From: Clostridia bacterium
GTDB lineage: Bacteria > Bacillota > Clostridia > TANB77 > RGIG9151
DNA length: 16,606 bases
Assembly (NCBI GenBank): GCA_016287855.1
Contig: JAEEXS010000027.1
Span: 1-16,606, forward strand
Reading direction: 5' to 3'
How positions within the stretch are numbered: position 1 is the stretch's first letter; every line of letters starts with the position of its first letter. The notes beneath the pieces are model-generated. The model worked only from the letters and a program-made list of their open reading frames with translations. It was not told the DNA's origin and ran no database searches. Made by a program: the position numbers and the translations under genes. Shown here one piece after another: positions 7,441 through 15,608 of this stretch.

Positions 7441-8763
7441 GTGGGTAATGAAGTAACGGAATTTGAAAAATTGTTGGAGGAATCATTAAAAGAGATTCGC
7501 TCTGGTAGTATTACAAAAGGAGTAGTAGCTAATGTCGCAAATGGAAATATTATTATAGATTTGGGCTTAAAGTATGATGGTATTATGCCATATTCAGAGT
7601 ATTCTGATGAAGCTGAGCATAATCCTGAGAATGAGCTAAAAGTAGGTCAAGAGATAGAAGCTTACGTTGTAAGAGTTAACGATATGGACGGTACGGTTTT
7701 ATTATCTCGTCGTAAAATCGAAGGAATGAAAATGTGGGAAGAAATAGATAATTGGATAGAGAGTAAAAAGCCAGTTGACGTTAAAGTTATAAAAGACGTT
7801 GGAGCTGGGCTAATTGCTAATAAAAATGGAATTCAAGTATTTATTCCTGCTTCTCAACTTGCAGAAAAGGATGCAAGACTTGAAGATTATGTTGGAAGAA
7901 ACTTAAAAGTTAGATTTTTGGAAGTTAATAAAGATAGAAAAAGAGTTGTTGCTTCTGAAAGAGTTTTGGCTCGAGAAGCTAGAGCTGAACAAGAAGCAGC
8001 TGTATGGGCTAAGATTAAAGAAGGAGAACAATTAACAGGTACTGTTAAGCAACTTGAGAAATTTGGTGCTTTTGTTGATCTTGGCGGTGTAGATGGTTTA
8101 ATTCATATTTCTGAGTTATCTTGGGGAAGAATTAAGTCTCCTAGCGAGGTTTTATCTGTTGGTCAACCTGTTACAGTTTATGTTTTATCTGTTGACAAAG
8201 AAAACAGAAAGATTGCTTTAGGATATAAAAAGGCTGAAGATAATCCTTGGAATAATATTGAAGATAAATATCATGTTGGGGATGTTGTTGAAGTTAAGAT
8301 TGAAAGACTTGTTCCTTTTGGTGCATTTGCTCAACTTGAAGTTGGTTTAGAAGGGTTAATTCATATTTCTCAAATTTCTCATAAGAGAGTTGGAACTCCT
8401 GCTGAAGTATTAAAAGTTGGTCAATATGTTAATGCCAAAATCATGGAGATTGATACTGAAAAGAAGAAAATTGAGCTTAGTATGAAGGAGCTTGAAGAAC
8501 CTGAAATTGATTTGAAGGAGAAGGAAGAGGCTATTGCTGAAAAGGCTACCGAAGAGGTTAAGACTGAAGCTCCTGTTGAAGAGAAGGCTGTTGAAGAAGT
8601 TAAGGCTGAAGCTTCTGCTGAAGAAAAGGTTGTTGAAGAAGTTAAGGCTGAAACTCCTACCGAAGAAAAAGCTGTTGAAGAAGTTAAGACTGAAGAGCCT
8701 ACTGAAGAAGTCGAGGAAAATGTTTCTACTGATGCTGATGAAGATGAGATCAAACACTATTAA
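7441..8763 (+). CDS. rpsA: 30S ribosomal protein S1 (four S1 domains) with an acidic repeat C-terminal extension
   Basis: GTG start. Repeated S1/OB signatures ('G.V...G.IIDLG', 'GTVKQLEKFGAFVDLGGVDGLIHISE', 'VKIERLVPFGAFAQLEVGLEGLIHISQ'). It follows ispH as in many Clostridia. Confidence 0.92.
   Translation: MGNEVTEFEKLLEESLKEIRSGSITKGVVANVANGNIIIDLGLKYDGIMPYSEYSDEAEHNPENELKVGQEIEAYVVRVNDMDGTVLLSRRKIEGMKMWEEIDNWIESKKPVDVKVIKDVGAGLIANKNGIQVFIPASQLAEKDARLEDYVGRNLKVRFLEVNKDRKRVVASERVLAREARAEQEAAVWAKIKEGEQLTGTVKQLEKFGAFVDLGGVDGLIHISELSWGRIKSPSEVLSVGQPVTVYVLSVDKENRKIALGYKKAEDNPWNNIEDKYHVGDVVEVKIERLVPFGAFAQLEVGLEGLIHISQISHKRVGTPAEVLKVGQYVNAKIMEIDTEKKKIELSMKELEEPEIDLKEKEEAIAEKATEEVKTEAPVEEKAVEEVKAEASAEEKVVEEVKAETPTEEKAVEEVKTEEPTEEVEENVSTDADEDEIKHY
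8551..8718 (+). repeat. In-frame 42-bp tandem repeat x4 (EEVK.E....EEK.V units) within the rpsA 3' end
   Basis: Units at 8551-8592, 8593-8634, 8635-8676 and 8677-8718. Hand comparison of unit 1 with 2 and of unit 2 with 3 shows 6/42 differences in each case. Confidence 0.85.
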
Positions 8764-8796
8764 AGAGTAGTTTTACATTGATTAATAAAAGCAAGT

Positions 8797-8828
8797 GTAG
8801 GAATGAGTTACTCATTCCTACATTTTTT
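8797..8828 (+). terminator. Rho-independent terminator/attenuator between rpsA and typA
   Basis: GTAGGAATGAG (8797-8807) pairs with CTCATTCCTAC (8811-8821) around a 3-nt loop, followed by T6 at 8823-8828. Confidence 0.88.
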
Positions 8829-8841
8829 AGAGGTGTTAAAA

Positions 8842-10665
8842 ATGGGTAAAAGAGAAGATATTAGAAATATTGCGATAATTGCGCACGTCGACCATGGAAA
8901 GACAACTTTGGTTGATGGTATGCTTAAACAAAGTGGTACGTTTCGTGAGAATGAACAAACTACCGAACGTATGATGGATTCGAATGATTTAGAGAGAGAA
9001 AGAGGTATTACAATACTTTCTAAAAATACTTCAATTCATTATAACGGAATTAAAATAAATATTGTAGATACTCCTGGCCATGCTGATTTCGGTGGAGAAG
9101 TTGAGCGGGTTTTAAAGATGGTTGATGGGGTTTTACTTTTAGTTGATGCGTTTGAAGGCCCTATGCCTCAAACTAAGTTCGTTTTGAGTAAGGCTTTAAA
9201 ACTTAATTTGAAGCCTATTGTTGTTATTAATAAAATAGATAAGCCTAATGCTAGGCCTTTAGAAGTTTTAGATAAAGTATTGGATTTGTTTATAGAACTT
9301 GAAGCTACGGATGAACAATTAGAGTTTCCTGTTGTTTATGTTTCAGGTAAAACTGGTGTTGCTAAAACAGATATACATGCTGAAGCAACGGATTTAAAGC
9401 CTTTGTTTGACGTTATTTTAGAGAATATTCCAGCGCCAAGCGGCGAGGAAAATGCACCTTTGCAGATATTAGTTTCTAATGTTGATTATGATGATTATAT
9501 AGGTAGAATTGCTGTTGGAAGAATAGAACGTGGAATTATTAAAAACGGTCAAAACGTTACTCTGTGTGGCGGAAGTAATAATGTAAATAAAAATGCTAGA
9601 ATCGGGAAATTATTTACTTATTCGGGATTAAAAAGAGTTGAAACTGCAGAAGCTAAAATTGGAGATATTGTTGCATTTTCTGGTATTGCTGAAGTAAATA
9701 TTGGAGATACTATTTGTGATCCTGAGTGTATTGAACCTTTACCTTTTGTTAATATTGACGAACCTACTTTGTCTATGACAATAGGTGTTAATAACGGACC
9801 TTTTGCTGGACAAGAAGGAGAGTTTGTTACATCAAGACATATTAGAGATAGGTTATTCAAGGAAGTTCAGACTAACCTAAGTTTAAGAGTTGAAGAAACT
9901 GATTCTGCAGATACTTTTAAAGTTTCTGGACGTGGAGAGTTACATTTGTCTGTACTTATTGAGAATATGAGAAGACAAGGATTTGAAATGGTTGTTTCTC
10001 GTCCTAGTGTTATTTATAAAGAAATTAATGGTGTTATGTGTGAACCAGTTGAGCATCTTGTTATAGATGTTCCAGAAGAATATATGGGTGTTGTTATGGA
10101 AAAGCTTGGACTTCGTAAAGCCGAGATGATTAATATGGCACCAGGTAACCAAGGGTATACAAGATTAGAATTTAAGATCCCTTCTCGTGGTCTTATTGGA
10201 TATCGTTCTGAGTTCTTGACAGATACCAAGGGTACAGGTATTATGAACCATTTATTTGATGGGTATCAACCATCAAAAGGTGAAATCCATTCAAGATTAA
10301 GGGGCGTTTTAGTTGCTTTTGAGGCCGGAGAAGCTGTAACATACGGCTTATATAATGCTGAAGAGAGAGGAGAGTTATTTATTACTCCTGGCACTATGGT
10401 TTATGAAGGCATGATTGTTGGAGTTAACGCAAAGAACGAGGATGTTGTAGTTAATGTTTGCAAGAAAAAGCATGTTACAAATATGAGAGCATCTGGTTCA
10501 GACGAAGCTTTAAGATTATCTCCACCTAGACAATTATCTTTGGAACAGGCTTTAGAGTTTATTGCAGATGATGAGTTGGTTGAAGTTACACCAAAGAATA
10601 TAAGACTTAGAAAGAGAATCTTAAATAAGGAACAAAGAGCAAAGTTTGAGAGCAAAATGAAATAG
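8842..10665 (+). CDS. typA: Translational GTPase TypA/BipA
   Basis: '[19 protein letters not shown]', '[14 protein letters not shown]' and 'NKIDK' G-motifs, with an EF-G-like domain architecture. ATG at 8842 follows GAGGTG. The ORF-track start at 8803 lies inside the terminator stem. Confidence 0.95.
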   Translation: MGKREDIRNIAIIAHVDHGKTTLVDGMLKQSGTFRENEQTTERMMDSNDLERERGITILSKNTSIHYNGIKINIVDTPGHADFGGEVERVLKMVDGVLLLVDAFEGPMPQTKFVLSKALKLNLKPIVVINKIDKPNARPLEVLDKVLDLFIELEATDEQLEFPVVYVSGKTGVAKTDIHAEATDLKPLFDVILENIPAPSGEENAPLQILVSNVDYDDYIGRIAVGRIERGIIKNGQNVTLCGGSNNVNKNARIGKLFTYSGLKRVETAEAKIGDIVAFSGIAEVNIGDTICDPECIEPLPFVNIDEPTLSMTIGVNNGPFAGQEGEFVTSRHIRDRLFKEVQTNLSLRVEETDSADTFKVSGRGELHLSVLIENMRRQGFEMVVSRPSVIYKEINGVMCEPVEHLVIDVPEEYMGVVMEKLGLRKAEMINMAPGNQGYTRLEFKIPSRGLIGYRSEFLTDTKGTGIMNHLFDGYQPSKGEIHSRLRGVLVAFEAGEAVTYGLYNAEERGELFITPGTMVYEGMIVGVNAKNEDVVVNVCKKKHVTNMRASGSDEALRLSPPRQLSLEQALEFIADDELVEVTPKNIRLRKRILNKEQRAKFESKMK

Positions 10666-10676
10666 ATAAATTAAAG

Positions 10677-10708
10677 GGCGAAAAATGAAATATTTTTTGC
10701 CTTTTTTA
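10677..10708 (+). terminator. Rho-independent terminator after typA
   Basis: GGCGAAAAAT (10677-10686) pairs with ATTTTTTGCC (10692-10701), including one G-U. 5-nt loop, then TTTTTT. Confidence 0.8.
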
Positions 10709-10791
10709 ATGCATTAAATGACATGTTTTACGGTTTAATATTTATATACTTAATTTGAATATTGCATTATATGTTTTGGGAGGAGAAGTAT

Positions 10792-11499
10792 ATGAATATT
10801 AAAAGTTTTTTATTGAAGATAATTGAACCAATATTAAGAAACGATGAGGAAAATACTGCTTACTATATAGGTGGAAGTGATACTTTGCCTCCACCATTAG
10901 AACCTAGCGAAGAAGAACGTTATTTGAGGTTATTGAGGTGTGGCGAAGACGTTAGACCTATTTTAATTGAACATAATTTACGCTTGGTTGTATATATTGC
11001 TAAGAAGTTTGAAAATACAGGAGTCGGATTAGAGGATTTGATTTCTATTGGTACTATTGGGCTTATTAAGTCTATTAATACGTTTGATGCTAATAAGAAC
11101 ATTAAACTTGCAACATATTCTTCAAGGTGTATTGAAAATGAGATTTTGATGCACCTTAGGAAGATGGCTAAAATTAGGAATGAGGTTTCTATTGATGAAC
11201 CATTAAACGTTGACTATGACGGAAATGAGTTACTTCTTTCAGATATTTTGGGCGGGGATCCAGAGGCGGTTAATAAAGATATAGAGAATGAGGTGGATAT
11301 GAAACTTCTTAATAACGCTATAAATAAACTTACTGGGAGAGAGAAGAATATTATGGAATTACGATTTGGGTTAAAAAGTGGGAAAGAAAAAACGCAAAAG
11401 GAAGTTGCAGATATGCTTGGTATTTCTCAGTCATATATTTCAAGGCTAGAAAAAAAGATTATTAAGAGACTTAAAAAAGAGATTTCAAAAATGATGTAA
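10792..11499 (+). CDS. sigE: Sporulation sigma factor, pro-sigma-E type (sigma-70 family, group 3)
   Basis: GGGAGGAG RBS before the ATG at 10792. About 24-aa pro-sequence followed by '[13 protein letters not shown]'. '[19 protein letters not shown]', '[17 protein letters not shown]', '[19 protein letters not shown]' and '[21 protein letters not shown]' are near-colinear with my recollection of B. subtilis and C. difficile SigE, and distinct from SigK and SigG N-termini. Confidence 0.88.
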   Translation: MNIKSFLLKIIEPILRNDEENTAYYIGGSDTLPPPLEPSEEERYLRLLRCGEDVRPILIEHNLRLVVYIAKKFENTGVGLEDLISIGTIGLIKSINTFDANKNIKLATYSSRCIENEILMHLRKMAKIRNEVSIDEPLNVDYDGNELLLSDILGGDPEAVNKDIENEVDMKLLNNAINKLTGREKNIMELRFGLKSGKEKTQKEVADMLGISQSYISRLEKKIIKRLKKEISKMM

Positions 11500-11529
11500 T
11501 GAGAGAGTTAAATTTTCTTAAGTTATAAT

Positions 11530-11599
11530 AAACTTATAAATATATGTTTAAGGACCTGTTTGAGCGGGAAAACATATATTTATAAGTTTTATTTTTTAT
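11530..11599 (+). terminator. Perfect 20-bp AT-rich inverted repeat with a 20-nt loop plus T-rich tail, downstream of sigE
   Basis: AAACTTATAAATATATGTTT (11530-11549) and AAACATATATTTATAAGTTT (11570-11589) are exact reverse complements, followed by TATTTTTTATT. Confidence 0.75.
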
Positions 11600-11634
11600 T
11601 GCTTAATTTATTTGTAGCACTCTAAAAGATTTTA

Positions 11635-11663
11635 TTGAAATGTAGCACAAAATATGGTAAAAT
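11635..11663 (+). promoter_or_regulatory. Sigma-A-type promoter (extended -10) for the asp23-nusB-xseAB-ispA operon
   Basis: -35 TTGAAA (11635-11640), 17-nt spacer, and TGgTAAAAT with the -10 at 11658-11663. It sits 28 nt upstream of the asp23 ATG. Confidence 0.7.
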
Positions 11664-11690
11664 AAATCGTATTTAAGAGGGAGGAGAGCT

Positions 11691-12035
11691 ATGGAGAATA
11701 ATGTGAATTTAACTGTTTCTGAAGAAGTGGTTGCAGTGATTGTTGAAAAAACTGTAAAAGCGATTCCTGGTATTTATGATATAAATGGCGGAATTATTGA
11801 TGGAATTACTAATATGCTCGCCTCAAAGCGTGTTAAAGGAATAAAAGTAGATATAACTGAAAAAGCTATTTTTATTGATATATATTTAATTGTTGAATAT
11901 GGTGTTAAAATTCCAGATATTGCGTGGGATGTTCAAGATAAGGTAAAAAAAGAAGTAGAAGATATGGTTGGAATGCAAGTTTCTGCAGTTAATGTCCATA
12001 TTCAAGGTATTAATTTTAAAAAGAAGAATGCTTAG
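11691..12035 (+). CDS. Asp23/Gls24-family envelope stress (alkaline shock) protein
   Basis: Size of about 114 aa. 'AIPGI', '...GIKVD......I.IDIYLIVEYGVKIPDIAWDVQDKVKKEVE.M.G..V..VNVHIQG' is the typical Asp23 fold signature. Its position upstream of nusB matches B. subtilis yqhY. Confidence 0.85.
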   Translation: MENNVNLTVSEEVVAVIVEKTVKAIPGIYDINGGIIDGITNMLASKRVKGIKVDITEKAIFIDIYLIVEYGVKIPDIAWDVQDKVKKEVEDMVGMQVSAVNVHIQGINFKKKNA

Positions 12036-12050
12036 TTGGAGGTTTTTTTA

Positions 12051-12440
12051 GTGAGTAGAAAATTAGCAAGAGAAATGGCAGTTTGTTTTTTGTTTCAAGT
12101 AGAGTTTCAAAAAGAAAATATTAAAGAGCAAGTTGAAGATTTTTTGGATTCTTATGGCGATGCAAATTATGATAAAGATTATTTTTTAGAGATAATAAAT
12201 GGTGTTTTAAATTCACAAAAAGAAATTGATGAGTTGATTGAAAAAAATACTAAAGGTTGGGAATTAAGTAGAATTGCAAAAATGGATTTGCCTATTTTAA
12301 GGGTCGCAATATATGAGATAAAGCATAGAGAAGATATTCCGGTTGGAGTTAGTATAAACGAGGCTGTTGAGATTGCAAAGAAGTATGGAAGTAAGGATTC
12401 GGCTAAGTTTATTAATGGACTTTTAGGGCAGATTGATTAA
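12051..12440 (+). CDS. nusB: Transcription antitermination factor NusB
   Basis: GGAGG at 12038-12042, then GTG at 12051, gives 'MSRKLAREMAV..LFQ', which matches the canonical NusB N-terminus. 'ILRVAIYEI' and 'INEAVEIAKKYG...SAKFINGLL' are present. The ORF-track start at 12036 overlaps the RBS. Confidence 0.9.
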   Translation: MSRKLAREMAVCFLFQVEFQKENIKEQVEDFLDSYGDANYDKDYFLEIINGVLNSQKEIDELIEKNTKGWELSRIAKMDLPILRVAIYEIKHREDIPVGVSINEAVEIAKKYGSKDSAKFINGLLGQID

Positions 12441-12446
12441 AAGTGG

Positions 12447-13643
12447 GTGAGTAAGATAAATAATACATATACAGTTGCACAGGTGAACAAGTATATTAAA
12501 AAGATTTTAGACAATGATTTCATCCTTTCTAATATTGTGGTTAAGGGTGAAATTTCTAATTTTAAAAATCATTCTTCTGGTCATTTGTATTTTTCTCTAA
12601 AGGATGAGAACGCGACAATTAAATGTGTTATGTTTAAGGGCCAAACTCTTGGACTTAAGTTTAAACCTGAGGACGGGATGAAGGTACTTATTTCTGGATA
12701 TATTTCTGCGTATGAAAGAGATGGGCAATATCAACTATATTGTGATTCTATTCAATTAGATGGAATGGGCGATTTGTATGCTAAGTATGAGAAGTTAAAA
12801 GAGAAACTTCAAAAAGAAGGACTTTTTGATGAGAGTAGAAAAAAGAAATTACCTCTTTTACCTAAAACGGTTGCAGTAATTACTTCTCCGACAGGTGCTG
12901 TTATAAAAGATATTTTAAATGTGTCGTTAAGACGTTTTCCTAAGGCTAATATAAAGTTATTTCCGGCTGCTGTTCAGGGGGAAGGGGCTTTTAATGAGCT
13001 TGTTCATCAAGTTAATTTTGTAAATGAAAACAATATGGCTGACGTTATTATTATTGGTCGTGGTGGCGGAAGTATTGAAGATTTGTGGAATTTTAATAGT
13101 GAAGAGTTAGCTTATGCGATTGCTAATTCTAAAATCCCAGTGGTTTCTGCGGTAGGGCATGAGACAGATTTTACAATTTGTGATTTTGTTTCAGATTTGA
13201 GAGCTCCTACCCCATCTGCGGCGGCAGAGGTGGTTTTCCCAGTGTTGGAGGAGCTTAATTATAAGTTGTCAAATTTTGAAAAGAGAATGAAGTTCGCTCT
13301 TACTGAGAATTTAAAGAACAAGAAAAAACAGTTACAAAGAATATATGAGTCATATTATTTTAAAAGACCTCAAGAGTTGGTTAATAAGTTAAAAATTAGA
13401 CTAGATAATAGTCAAAAAGATTTGGCTAATATTGAAGAAAAAATTATTACTGAGAAGAAAAACAGTTTTGTAAAACTAACAAATAAATTAGATGCATTAA
13501 GTCCATTAAAAACGTTATCTCGTGGGTATGCTGTTGCGATTAAGGATGGGGTAACAATTAAGAGTGTTTCACAATTAAAAGATAAAGATAAATTTAAAGT
13601 TAAACTGAGTGATGGGGAAATTAATGCAGTTAAGGAGGGCTAG
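12447..13643 (+). CDS. xseA: Exodeoxyribonuclease VII large subunit
   Basis: N-terminal OB fold 'V.GEISNFK.HSSGHLYFSLKD', 'GVITSPTGAVIKDIL', 'IIIGRGGGSIEDLW.FN' and 'PVVSAVGHETDFTI.DFV.DLRAPTPSAAAE'. Confidence 0.93.
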   Translation: MSKINNTYTVAQVNKYIKKILDNDFILSNIVVKGEISNFKNHSSGHLYFSLKDENATIKCVMFKGQTLGLKFKPEDGMKVLISGYISAYERDGQYQLYCDSIQLDGMGDLYAKYEKLKEKLQKEGLFDESRKKKLPLLPKTVAVITSPTGAVIKDILNVSLRRFPKANIKLFPAAVQGEGAFNELVHQVNFVNENNMADVIIIGRGGGSIEDLWNFNSEELAYAIANSKIPVVSAVGHETDFTICDFVSDLRAPTPSAAAEVVFPVLEELNYKLSNFEKRMKFALTENLKNKKKQLQRIYESYYFKRPQELVNKLKIRLDNSQKDLANIEEKIITEKKNSFVKLTNKLDALSPLKTLSRGYAVAIKDGVTIKSVSQLKDKDKFKVKLSDGEINAVKEG

Positions 13644-13645
13644 AC

Positions 13646-13855
13646 ATGGAAAAGAATTTTGAAGAATCAATTACAGAATTAGAAAAAATTGTTGCAGATT
13701 TAGAGAGTGGAGATAATACTTTAGACGAGAGTATGAAGAAGTTTGAAGAAGGTATGAAATTGGCTAAGAATTGTAATGAGCTTTTAGAAAAAGCTGAGAA
13801 AAAAATTTCTGTAGTTTTAGAAAAAAATGGCGAAATTGTAGAGGAAGATATGTAG
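13646..13855 (+). CDS. xseB: Exodeoxyribonuclease VII small subunit
   Basis: 69 aa, 'FEESI.ELE.IV..LE.G...L.ES...FEEG..L.K.C...L..AE.KI'. The start is 2 nt after the xseA stop. Confidence 0.9.
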   Translation: MEKNFEESITELEKIVADLESGDNTLDESMKKFEEGMKLAKNCNELLEKAEKKISVVLEKNGEIVEEDM

Positions 13856-13886
13856 TTGATTTAGTATTTAAAGAGAGGCGAATCGA

Positions 13887-14768
13887 ATGTTAAAAGAAAG
13901 ATTAAGTGAATATAGTACTTTAGTTAATAAAGCTTTTGATGATTTGCTTGTGGTTGATGAAGCACCAGAAAAAAAATTAAAAGAAGCTATGAAATATAGT
14001 ATTACTGCAGGAGGGAAAAGACTTAGACCGGCACTTATTTTAGAGGGATATAGGATTTTTAAGCCTGATTATGAAAAAGCACTTCCGTTTGCCTGTGCGA
14101 TGGAGATGATACATACTTTTTCATTGATACATGATGATTTGCCTGCGATAGATAATGATGATTTTAGACGTGGTAAGCCTACAAATCACAAAGTCTTTGG
14201 TGAATGTACAGCAATTTTAGCAGGGGACGGACTGTTAGATTATGCTTATAAAGTTATTTCAAATGATATGAAAGACGGGGAGAATTTACCTAATAAAGTA
14301 AAGGCTTTTGATATTTTTTCTAATGGTGTTTTTGATATGATAAAGGGAGAGTTCGTAGATACTGATTTAGAGGGTAAAGATATTTCTATGGACCAACTTA
14401 TGTATATGCATAATAATAAAACGGGAGCTTTGATAAAAGCGTCGCTACTTATAGGGGCAACTTTAGCTGGAGCAGATGATGTTTCGCTTCAAGTACTTAA
14501 AAAATATGCAGATATTATTGGGCTTACTTTTCAAATTAAAGATGATATTTTGTCGGAGACCGGCGACGAAAAGATTCTTGGTAAGCCAGTAGGACATGAT
14601 AGTATTAATGGAAAAAGGACGTTTGTTACAATGCTAGGAGTAGAAGAGGCAAATAAAAGATTAGATGAGTTGACAGCCGAATCAGTAAGCGTTTTAAACG
14701 ATATTTCCGATAAAGATATTGAGTTCTTGAAAGAGCTTGCAATTTTTATTAAAGAGAGAAATAATTAA
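13887..14768 (+). CDS. ispA: Farnesyl diphosphate synthase / geranyltranstransferase (polyprenyl synthetase family)
   Basis: 'GGKRLRP', a first Asp-rich motif 'LIHDDLPAIDNDDFRRGKPT', a second 'FQIKDDILS', and 'KTGALI'. Confidence 0.9.
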   Translation: MLKERLSEYSTLVNKAFDDLLVVDEAPEKKLKEAMKYSITAGGKRLRPALILEGYRIFKPDYEKALPFACAMEMIHTFSLIHDDLPAIDNDDFRRGKPTNHKVFGECTAILAGDGLLDYAYKVISNDMKDGENLPNKVKAFDIFSNGVFDMIKGEFVDTDLEGKDISMDQLMYMHNNKTGALIKASLLIGATLAGADDVSLQVLKKYADIIGLTFQIKDDILSETGDEKILGKPVGHDSINGKRTFVTMLGVEEANKRLDELTAESVSVLNDISDKDIEFLKELAIFIKERNN

Positions 14769-14780
14769 GGAGCGGTTTAT

Positions 14781-15209
14781 ATGGATTACAGATTTCTAAT
14801 AATTCCTACAGTGGTATGGTTTTCAGTACAAGTATTTAAACTTGTATCTGATGCGGTTGTTAATAGAAAAATAAACTTTAAGAGATTTGTTGAAACAGGT
14901 GGGATGCCTAGTTCACATTCAGCAGTTGTTACTTCTTTAATGACAGCTGTTGGCTTATCTGAAGGTTTTGATTCACCTATATTTGCAGTAGCATTTGTTT
15001 TTTCTTTTATTGTTATGTATGATGCAGCTGGAGTAAGGCTTGCTGCTGGAAAACAGGCAAAAATTTTGAATCAGCTTATTAATTCCAACCAAGTTAAAGT
15101 TGATACGAACGAAAAATTAAAGGAACTTTTGGGACATACTCCTATACAAGTTTTTGTTGGGGCCATTTATGGTATTATTGTTGGATATTTAATAATGTTG
15201 TTTTGGTAG
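14781..15209 (+). CDS. Divergent PAP2 family membrane protein (DUF212, YuiD-like)
   Basis: About 142 aa with multiple TM segments, signature 'GGMPSSHSAVV', 'YDAAGVR..AG.QA' and 'GHTP.QV..G'. Confidence 0.85.
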   Translation: MDYRFLIIPTVVWFSVQVFKLVSDAVVNRKINFKRFVETGGMPSSHSAVVTSLMTAVGLSEGFDSPIFAVAFVFSFIVMYDAAGVRLAAGKQAKILNQLINSNQVKVDTNEKLKELLGHTPIQVFVGAIYGIIVGYLIMLFW

Positions 15210-15218
15210 GTGATAGAT

Positions 15219-15554
15219 ATGGCCAATTATGCTGTAAAATATGTTAAAAAAATGGATGAATATTTAAATGAGACTCATACTCAAGAAGAGGTTGCTGAAG
15301 TTACAAAGGATCATTTAATAAAGATACAGTTTTTTCAACATGAAAGATTAGTGCATTTAATAGTTACAGTGTTGTTTGCATTATTAGATATGATTACGAT
15401 TTCGGTGTCATTTTTTTGCCCTAATATAATTATTAATATACTTGTAATTTTATTTACAGTTCTTTTAATCCCTTATATTTTTCATTATTATTTCTTGGAA
15501 AATTCAGTCCAAAAGATGTATGGACAGTATGATAATTTGAGAAAAGTGAAATAA
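15219..15554 (+). CDS. Hypothetical small membrane protein (cytoplasmic N-terminus plus 2 predicted TM helices)
   Basis: GGTAGGTG at 15205-15212 precedes the ATG at 15219; a GTG at 15210 is the alternative start. There are two long hydrophobic stretches ('LIVTVLFALLDMITISVSFF', 'IIINILVILFTVLLIPYIF'). I recognise no family. Confidence 0.55.
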   Translation: MANYAVKYVKKMDEYLNETHTQEEVAEVTKDHLIKIQFFQHERLVHLIVTVLFALLDMITISVSFFCPNIIINILVILFTVLLIPYIFHYYFLENSVQKMYGQYDNLRKVK

Positions 15555-15608
15555 CATTGATTAAAAGTTTGAAGAATTGATTATAATTAGAAAGAGAGGG
15601 ATACTATT

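Noticed and set aside
7423-7443. Stop-codon read-through producing an IspH-S1 fusion.
   Set aside because: Two in-frame stops (TGA at 7423 and TAA at 7435) separate the genes, and there is a plausible RBS plus a GTG start for S1. No recoding signal is visible.
8551-8718. CRISPR-like reading of the 42-bp repeats (and of the 33-bp repeats at 15684-15815).
   Set aside because: The repeats are directly tandem with no spacers, are in frame within coding sequences, and are not palindromic. No cas genes or leader are present.
8410-8770. Three additional long ORFs (two antisense at 8410-8757 and 8421-8753, one alternative + frame at 8534-8770) over the rpsA 3' end.
   Set aside because: They coincide exactly with the GAA/GAG/AAG-rich tandem repeat, whose low-complexity composition lacks stop codons in several frames. 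Their translations are low-complexity (L/K/R or S/F runs). They have no RBS, and the S1 frame is continuous with four bona fide S1 domains.
8803-8841. ORF-track N-terminal extension of typA (MSYSFLHFLEVLK).
   Set aside because: The ATG at 8803 lies inside the stem of the rpsA terminator hairpin. The conserved TypA N-terminus ([22 protein letters not shown]) begins at 8842 with a GAGGTG RBS.
10762-10791. ORF-track N-terminal extension of sigE ([10 protein letters not shown]).
   Set aside because: The extension runs through the GGGAGGAG RBS that is correctly spaced for the ATG at 10792. Starting at 10792 gives a pro-sequence length comparable to known pro-sigma-E.
15557-15587. Promoter TTGATT-19 nt-TATAAT for the repeat-protein gene.
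   Set aside because: The -10 is perfect, but the spacer is 19 nt and the predicted start would fall on the Shine-Dalgarno sequence. It is too uncertain to list as a feature and is only mentioned in the cassette finding.
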